64,000 nucleotides of DNA from positions 1,798,001-1,862,000 of the forward strand of contig JAQFVV010000008.1 in NCBI GenBank assembly GCA_028023455.1, read 5' to 3'. The DNA comes from Epiperipatus broadwayi (lineage: Eukaryota > Animalia > Onychophora). Positions 56,473 to 64,000 of the stretch are shown in pieces. A model generated the notes under the pieces. That model was not told the DNA's origin. It did not search any database and saw nothing but the letters and a program-made list of their open reading frames with translations. Each line of letters starts with the position of its first letter. Positions within the stretch are counted from its first letter, which is position 1. The position numbers were made by a program, and so were the translations under genes.

Positions 56473-58980
56473 AAAGAAAAAAAAAAAGAGTTTATGCGAT
56501 TTTGGCTGAATAATACATATGCAATACGGGTTTTTTTTTGTGTGTGTGTGTTAAAATAAAATATAATTACTGCAACTGATCGATACATTAATCATAATTA
56601 TATTACAGAATTTATTATTTTAAAAAAACTCTAACAAGATTTTTTTTTTCTAAAAGCACGATGGTTTACAAGTTTAGACTAGAGATTTATGATGACAATG
56701 AGGGGAAAATAGTTTATACCTTAAGGATATGGTTATATAGAAAATAAAAAGCACACTTAATATAGATATTGAGCTAAAAAAAAAATCAAAGGCGACTGTT
56801 ATATAAATATGTTTATAAACGTAATATGTTTTTTTATTACTTTTCTGGTGTATCACAAAAAATATATAAAACAATCATTCGTTTATATATTTAAAAATTA
56901 GATTGATTGATAATAGGTATATACAAAAGTTTTCTATGATAATTATAAATGTTTATATTGTTATAAGTTCTACAAAAGTTTGGGATTATTGCCTATTTAA
57001 TGTGACGGGCTGATGGAAAAATATGCCACAGTTTTAGAATAGTAGCAAAATGTAGTACAAAAATATTGCTACAGAGGATATTTAACTTTTGCAGATATCT
57101 TTATCCATATATTTCAAAAATGTGAGATGGAGTTAAGGTTTTAAATGTCTTAAAAAATTACAAAAGAGATTACTTATCCGTAATGTTAATATAAAACCAA
57201 ATATATTAATCTTTAACTGAGAATTAAAGTTATATCTGGGCTAAATATAAACTTGTTTTAATAAATGATTAATAATAATCTTTAATGCTGTTTATCTCAA
57301 GTGATTTAATGTCTGTTGTGAGTGCAGGAAGACTTATTAAAAAAAAAGTCATGAAAGTACTTTTTATAGTATTGTAACATAAAAAAATAGGAGAAAGAAT
57401 GGTATGATTAATCATTTCTTTCATGCATTACCAAGTAAATGCAGAATGAAAATTCTCCATGTTCAATTCAGCATTTACTAACTGTAACTTAACTTCACAT
57501 TATTCAAGCAAATTATATAGTATTTTTCTAAATCTCTTAAATTTTATCTAATTCCATTTGGAATTTCAGTTATCCACTCAGTATCATATAAGATCAACTC
57601 AATTGCATTTTAGCTTCTTGATTCTTTCATTAATATCAAATACCTGTTTATTCATTCATTCATTGTTTTGCTTTCAATCTGTGCTAGTACATTACCTGGG
57701 TTTAAAAACCTAATGTTCTTTTTTTAGATTTACAAGTCTTTGACTCTTGAATAATGATAGATCATATTAATTAAAAATCTTTCAAATAAGTAAGCACATT
57801 ATCTTTTTAACAATAATTTCTAGTAATTAATTAAAATTTAATTCCATGATCCATGCTGTTCATTATTTATTAAAACCCATTTTATATAAGTATGGATTTA
57901 AGCCAATAAACATCTCATGATCACCATTTCTTATGCTTGCTCTTAACTGTCAATACATATAGAGTTTTGCCTGTTTTAAGTATGGATTTACTTATATCAG
58001 AATTATATCATTAGAAAATAACCTGTATTTTCAAATGGCAGGTGTCTAAATTTCATATTTAATAACTTCTAATTTCACATTTTATACTGCACTTTTTTAA
58101 GTTAAGAAAATACTGATAATATAAACAAAAAAAAAAGCACTACAATATCTATATATATAAAATACATGATAACAGCTAAAGCTTACATAAATCATAGAAA
58201 GTACAAGCTGTTCTTAGGGCAATTTCTGTAAATAAAATGTGAATTCTACCTTTTATTTTGGTCCAAGATCTTAATATAAAGAAAGATGTTGTCTGGATCT
58301 GGATTTATCTTTCTAAAAGTTGAAATAAATCCCATTAAATAGACAAATATAACATTTTGAAAGTAGATTAATAAATAATTATTTTTTAAAACTTACAAAC
58401 CCTATGACTATTCATTATTATTTAAACAATAAATCTTATTATGCACAAAGCTAAGGGTTTTAAATGTAAATCACGTAATAATAATCTAAGCTTATATAAA
58501 CTATAGAATCTACAATTTGCTTAAAATAATTACGATTTGTGCAATTTTTTTTTATTTGCTTTCCCATTGTGAATCAATTTAAATTTTATAAGCTTCTGAT
58601 AATTAAAATTATGATCTACAATTAATCAATAATGGTTGTGCAAAACAATCAAATTATATTTTTTGAGGACAATAAAAAGCTCTAAAGATGGAATACATAA
58701 ATAAGTTTGTATATTCGTAATATATTGTAGATGTTATATACTTTACAGACTGATATTTATGATTTATTAATGCTGATTTGATTTTTGCAAACAAAATATT
58801 TTTTTGCATTATAAAGTTATTTTTGACTATTTTTTAAAAATTTCTTTAATTCATGTTTTAAAGCTTATAATAAAATTAATACACAATATTTTTACTTTTA
58901 AAATAATTTATTGACATAAATGATTTGTAAAAAAAAAAAAAAAAACAAGACAAAACTACAAAATAATTTCTTGAATGAAT

Positions 58981-59256
58981 TTACTGGAACAACCAATTAT
59001 AAAGCATTTTTTTTACTGTTACTATTTCGATTTTTTTAGCTTCACTCTTAGGATCTTCATATAAATACTGTGGATCTCGTTTCAGTCGATGAGAAACAAT
59101 AAATTCTCCTGAAGGTTTTAAAACTGTACTAGTAATATCACCATTCTTTGGAGGGCCATAAGGAAATGTAATAGGCTTTACTTGAATTAAATGTTTGACT
59201 TGATATAATTTGGCACATACTGAAGGAATATTTTTAAAAATTACCATCTCATGGAG
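58981..59256 (-). CDS. MRPL30: Mitochondrial ribosomal protein L30 (uL30m), terminal coding exon
   Basis: Minus-strand polypyrimidine/AG acceptor at 59257-59258; LHEMVIFKNIPSVCAKLYQVKHLIQVKPITFPYGPP matches the recalled uL30m motif KNIPSVNAKLxxVKHLIxIKP; upstream exons not found in the window. Confidence 0.87.
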   Translation of the reverse strand, partial: LHEMVIFKNIPSVCAKLYQVKHLIQVKPITFPYGPPKNGDITSTVLKPSGEFIVSHRLKRDPQYLYEDPKSEAKKIEIVTVKKMLYNWLFQ

Positions 59257-60500
59257 CTAAAAAAAAGAAAAAAGCAAACAGATCTGCATAAAAATTATAT
59301 TACTTTGGAATCAGGAAAAATATTAACTATGGTATTATCACAATGATCAAAGCCATACAAGTTAAATATGCAAACATAAAAAAATAGACATTTCATGAAA
59401 TCAGAGAAAAAAGGTCATAGAAAGTATAATTAATATATAGCTACAGTTGTTTTCTCCAGATCTAATTATGTAAACCACAAGAGAATCAGTTATTAACAAT
59501 AAAAAATAGATTATATTGTTAGATCAAATTTTGGTAACATTAATAAATATATATATATGCTATATAATGTGTATATGTACATTTGCATAAATCATTAAAA
59601 AAAAAAAATTCTAAATTTTTTAAGTAAATTTTTAGTTATTTACTTCATTTTTTTTATTTATGTAGAATTTAAAAAAATATAGGCAAAAAAAAAATAAACT
59701 AGTTAAATTTTCTTCAAAAATAGCATGTATGCAGCAACGTTTACATTAATTATGGAATCAAGAATAATTGATTTATATAAAACAGAAAAAGCTAAAATTA
59801 TTATGTCAATGGAAAGACTATTATTTATTTATTTAACTTTTATAATATAAAATGTCTGCAAAATGTATTTATAATTAACTTATCTAATATAAAAGATAAG
59901 AATAATAACCAATGTAACAAATATTTTATGAAAGAATTTTAATTGTTCTTTTGTAAATCATGTATACAGAGATGAGAGAAAATTTGATTTTAGTTTCTGT
60001 GTGCTTGAATTGTGGTGGCAAAATGAAAACGTGCTCATTAAATCTAAAATCCTTCTCTGAAGTTAGTCTTTAATATATCTGATTAGTTTTCTAGAGTTTC
60101 TCCAGGCCTGAGAGCCAACATCCTCATTTAGAATGACATTGCAGATGCAAATTTTCATGTATTCTGCCCATGAAATGAAAAAAATGTTTAGTCCTGATTA
60201 CAACTTAATATTGCATATATGTATGTTAATTTAATATATCCTTAGTGATTGCAATTGTTATATGAACAATTGATGGAAACTACTTACACATTCAAAGCAA
60301 AAAATTAACTTTCTAGAGATATAGACTGACTGTTAATTCTCTGATCAGAGTTCCAAAAAAAAAAAAACTGAATCATTACTTACTTTATGAATGATATTAA
60401 AATACTGTGAGATCACCTTTGCAAATCTTCAATAATATGAAAATAACTCGTCAATTTTATAAACTTCATGAATGTTATAAATATTGGAATATTTTATGTT

Positions 60501-60550
60501 TATTAATCGTTCATATATGCTATATTATTAATCGTTCATATATGCTATAT
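60501..60550. repeat. 25-bp perfect tandem duplication
   Basis: tattaatcgttcatatatgctatat x2. Confidence 0.9.
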
Positions 60551-61086
60551 TGGTAAGGCATAACAGAAATGAATTTTAAAAAGTAAAACCATATAAATAA
60601 ATTTAAATATTTTTTGTTACTGAATTAGATTTTTTTTTATAATATGAACTCCACTTTTCCTCTAGAAATTGCTCTCATTATTATTTTTAAAACAAAATAA
60701 ATAGATAAATTTTATTTTTATTCTTTAATAGTAAATATATGTGGTCTTTCCCCCCAAAAAGCAAATTTCCAGTTAAGATGTATATTAAGGAAATAAATTA
60801 ATATTTCATACATAATAAGTATAATAATAACTACTTGTACAAAAGTATAATAATAGGACTTTATATTATTTAAAAGTGTCAAATATAATTAATCTTTAAT
60901 CTCAAAATCTAAATACACTTCAGTAATATTTTATTATTTATTGCAGAGTAGGAACTGAAATATTTGTAATATAAGGCATGTTAGAGGAAAATTGTATGTT
61001 TTATTAATATAATTAATACATAATCCAAAATAATCCAATTAGACTAAAAAAAATCTTCGATAAGAAGTAAAAAATTATATTGACTG

Positions 61087-61551
61087 ATGTGATATGTTGG
61101 ACTATTTCAATCATCTATGAGTGAATGTTGAATGTGCAGAAAATTGTAAACTTTATTTAAACTTTTCAAATACAAACAACTTATTAGTAATAACACACAA
61201 CAGGTAACAGGTTAGTAATTACACAACGTTTCAAGTACTATTATTCTCCACTCTTCTTCAGGTATTGCTGGCTTGATAAGCACAGTGCTAGTATTCACAT
61301 AGAAGTTGAACTCGCACCTTTTGATTCTTGACTACCGAATTCAAGGCAAACACTCTAAACTGAGCTATTCTGTCAAAGACAACAGATAGTAGAAAATTTG
61401 ATATGAGGATTGGTTCAAATCTCCTGAGTCCTTAAATTTTTTTCCCTAAGCTCTTCAATTTATTTATTTTTTTAATATTAATTTTTTCTAAGAAAATAAT
61501 CCAACATATCACATCTAATAATATATAATCATCACAAACTTTCAGGCAAAT
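61087..61551 (-). mobile_element. Family B longest copy: tRNA-like head + hammerhead + body, 13-bp TSD
   Basis: Same left start (gatgtgatatg) and right tail end as the 2834 copy; attatattgactg duplicated at 61074-61086 and 61552-61564; A-box TAGCTCAGTTTAGAG at 61367-61353 and B-box GAGTTCAACTTC at 61313-61302. Confidence 0.8.
61221..61265 (-). ncRNA. Minimal type I hammerhead ribozyme motif (family B)
   Basis: ATAC-CTGAAGA-A-GAGT(loop)ACTT-GAAA-CG-TT-GTGT: intact core, 4-bp stem II, palindromic AACGTT stem III, GUU cleavage triplet, stem I ATAC/GTGT with one G-U pair. Confidence 0.78.
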
Positions 61552-61767
61552 ATTATATTGACTGTATATACAGTGAGTCTGTGAAATATGCTTATATATT
61601 TAACTATACAACTTTAATTATATGCTATTCAAAAAAATGTAAATAAAAAACAACAAAATTATTAAAATTCACACATTTTATATTTGAGCAGTCCTTTTTT
61701 CCCCCCTGATTGCTGTACATAATTTTATATATATAACTTTTACTTCAGTTTATGTTGAAAACATATA

Positions 61768-62788
61768 CACCTGGGTCTCTTTTTACGCGGACTTATTTAA
61801 CACGATTTTGAAGTTACGTGATTCAATTTTCACCAGAAGTAGAACTCCGATAATGCGCTATTACTTTAAATAATAAATTTCACGGACTTACGTTATATTG
61901 AAACTAATAGCACATTATTGGAATTCGACTTTCATCTTAGTAATTTCAATATTTTCAGTGCTTTATAATAGTAAGATTTTATGCAATAATGAAATTAAAA
62001 TCATGATTTCCACATTTTATGTATACACATTAAATTTTACAAGATTATAATGTAAATTTGTTCAAATATTGTGCGTGTTAATTTTGCATTTTAAATCACA
62101 TTCTGTTTTTGCTTTTTAAAAAAGAACGTAATCATTTAGTGTCCGCAAGTTTATTTTTAAAAGGTGAGCAATAGCAGTGGGCACAATTAAATTTGACAAT
62201 TAAAAATTAAAATCTGATTTTTAATTGTAATTAACAATTTAAAAATTACTTACGGCGACTTGAAATTAATGTGATGTGAAATTTGATTTTTAAACGGAAT
62301 TGAAAATTAAAGACAAAAATAAGAATTTAATTTTTAGTTGTTAGTTTCATAAACAATTAATAAAATCATCATCTCAAAGATTAATTACTAATTACGTTGT
62401 CACCAGAAAACCATTGACCAATTTGCAAATGAATGTGTTTTTCGGCAAATAGCTATAATAATTAAAACGTGTATAAAAAAAATGTAAATTACTGTACTGT
62501 AAATTATACATAAAAATATATTTTGAATAAAATTAAATATTATAGTTAAAAAAAGTTTGTCTTGTATTAATTTTTTTCAAATTTGAAATTTTTTGTTCGT
62601 CATATTTTATTTCCTTATTATTATTTTTTTTTGCGCGAATTTTAAAGTAATTTTACGTTGGTGCTTTGCTTTTATGTGAATTTTGAAAAATCACAGACCG
62701 CACCCCCCCCCTTTTCAATGTAAGTTACGTCTATTTTTGCGCGTGTTTTCTGAGGAACCTATCTATCGCGTAAAACGAGACCCAGATG
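61768..62788. mobile_element. Young non-autonomous pogo/Tigger-like DNA transposon (~1.0 kb)
   Basis: TIR CACCTGGGTCTCTTTTTACGCG / rc CATCTGGGTCTCGTTTTACGCG; TA on both sides; CpGs retained; no ORF. Confidence 0.85.
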
Positions 62789-64000
62789 TAGTTTTATGTT
62801 TTTTTATCCTTCCCAAATTTCATGTGTAGTAATAAGAAAAAAAAGTTTTGGAAAAAAAAAACTGTCCAGTTGGCTGTATTTTAAAAATAAAAATAGATAG
62901 TTAATTGTTTCTTATTCTTCTTGCTTCAGTGAATTCATGAGTGAACACACATTTAATAAAATTATGTAAATATGCCAATTTTTTAATTAATAATTTATAT
63001 TATTTAAATTTTTGTTTATGCATATATACAAAAAAAAACATTTTTGTGTTATATATGTGCATGCTGAAAAGCAGGGTGCACTTGCAGATCAATAAACAAT
63101 ACTTATTCTAATCAATGTTTTTCAACAAAAGGTGAACTTCTATATGCTATATATATTAAAAACAAGGAAGTTTGAAACAAAATATAGCATAGGGTCCACT
63201 GTAATGTTCTTTATTTTTATTTCTTTTAATAATTAAGGTCTGTTCAAAATGTATTTCATGTACATACACATATAAACATATATTGAATCTATTTTCTTAA
63301 TGTTCTGAATTACTAATTTATCAACTCTATCCTTATATACTTTATCTAACTATCATCACATGATCACTATTCCTTATGCTAGCACATAACTAAGTGGCAC
63401 TACTATATGGAAAGTTTTGCTTTTTTTTTATCTAACTATGTAGATAGTTTTAAATCTCTACTGCTATTACCTATTCTATGTGCCTTGGCAATAAAACTTC
63501 TGTTTTATTATATACACATATATATTTAAACATATGTTGTAAAGATAGATGATCAGGAAAAAGTTCCATGTTGGATCACTCAAATAATGTGTAATAGAAT
63601 GTAATCTGGGCTATCTGTTAATTATCAAATGGTAAATAATAAGTTTATTGCCATGGCTGTGGAGGAGGTATTGAAATGGGCATTGGCAGAATCCATTGGT
63701 TGTTAAGTGAGAAAAAGAAAATTAAGTGCTATATCATGAAACAATCAGTTTTTAAAAATAAGAAATGTGATCTATTTTAATGTGACTTCCCATATAGATT
63801 TATTAATTCTATTATATGATTCTTAGTGATTGCAAATGAAGAATTTGCATTTTCTGAGATTATTTTCTCAGACTAAGTATAATTAATATGTAATATTAAA
63901 AGATTAACTGTTTGCAGAAATTGAGCTTATACTACAATAATTGTAAATTTAATTAATAGAGAGAAAAACTGTTTTATAATGAACACTTTTATTTACCATG

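Noticed and set aside
61300-61370. tRNA gene
   Set aside because: A/B boxes are present but there is no complete cloverleaf; embedded in a repeat, so treated as a SINE-like head.

Overview
Very AT-rich, CpG-depleted eukaryotic DNA with large introns; an invertebrate (arthropod-like) source is inferred. Two convergent genes are supported. On +, six coding exons (9405-42045) splice in frame into the C-terminal part of a LONRF-family protein (C3HC4 RING plus LON N-terminal substrate-binding domain); its 5' exons were not found. On -, the terminal coding exon of mitochondrial ribosomal protein L30 lies at 58981-59256, with upstream exons probably beyond the window. The rest is mostly decayed mobile DNA: RTE-type and I/Nimb-type LINE remnants, an internally deleted Ty3/Gypsy element, a Tc1/mariner element with a nested hAT MITE, other MITEs and local fold-back duplications. 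The main finding is two unrelated families of short non-coding repeats that each carry a minimal type I hammerhead ribozyme motif plus tRNA-like Pol III A/B boxes. They are inserted as partial-tandem and/or inverted arrays, two with 13-14 bp target-site duplications. This is the architecture expected of retrozymes or Penelope-like-element-mobilised SINEs. Two further ~320-450 bp units show the same permuted/inverted geometry without a recognisable ribozyme. A ~1.7 kb stretch (24.87-26.56 kb) lacks the host's CpG depletion and looks like randomised sequence. All calls were made by eye, without database searches.
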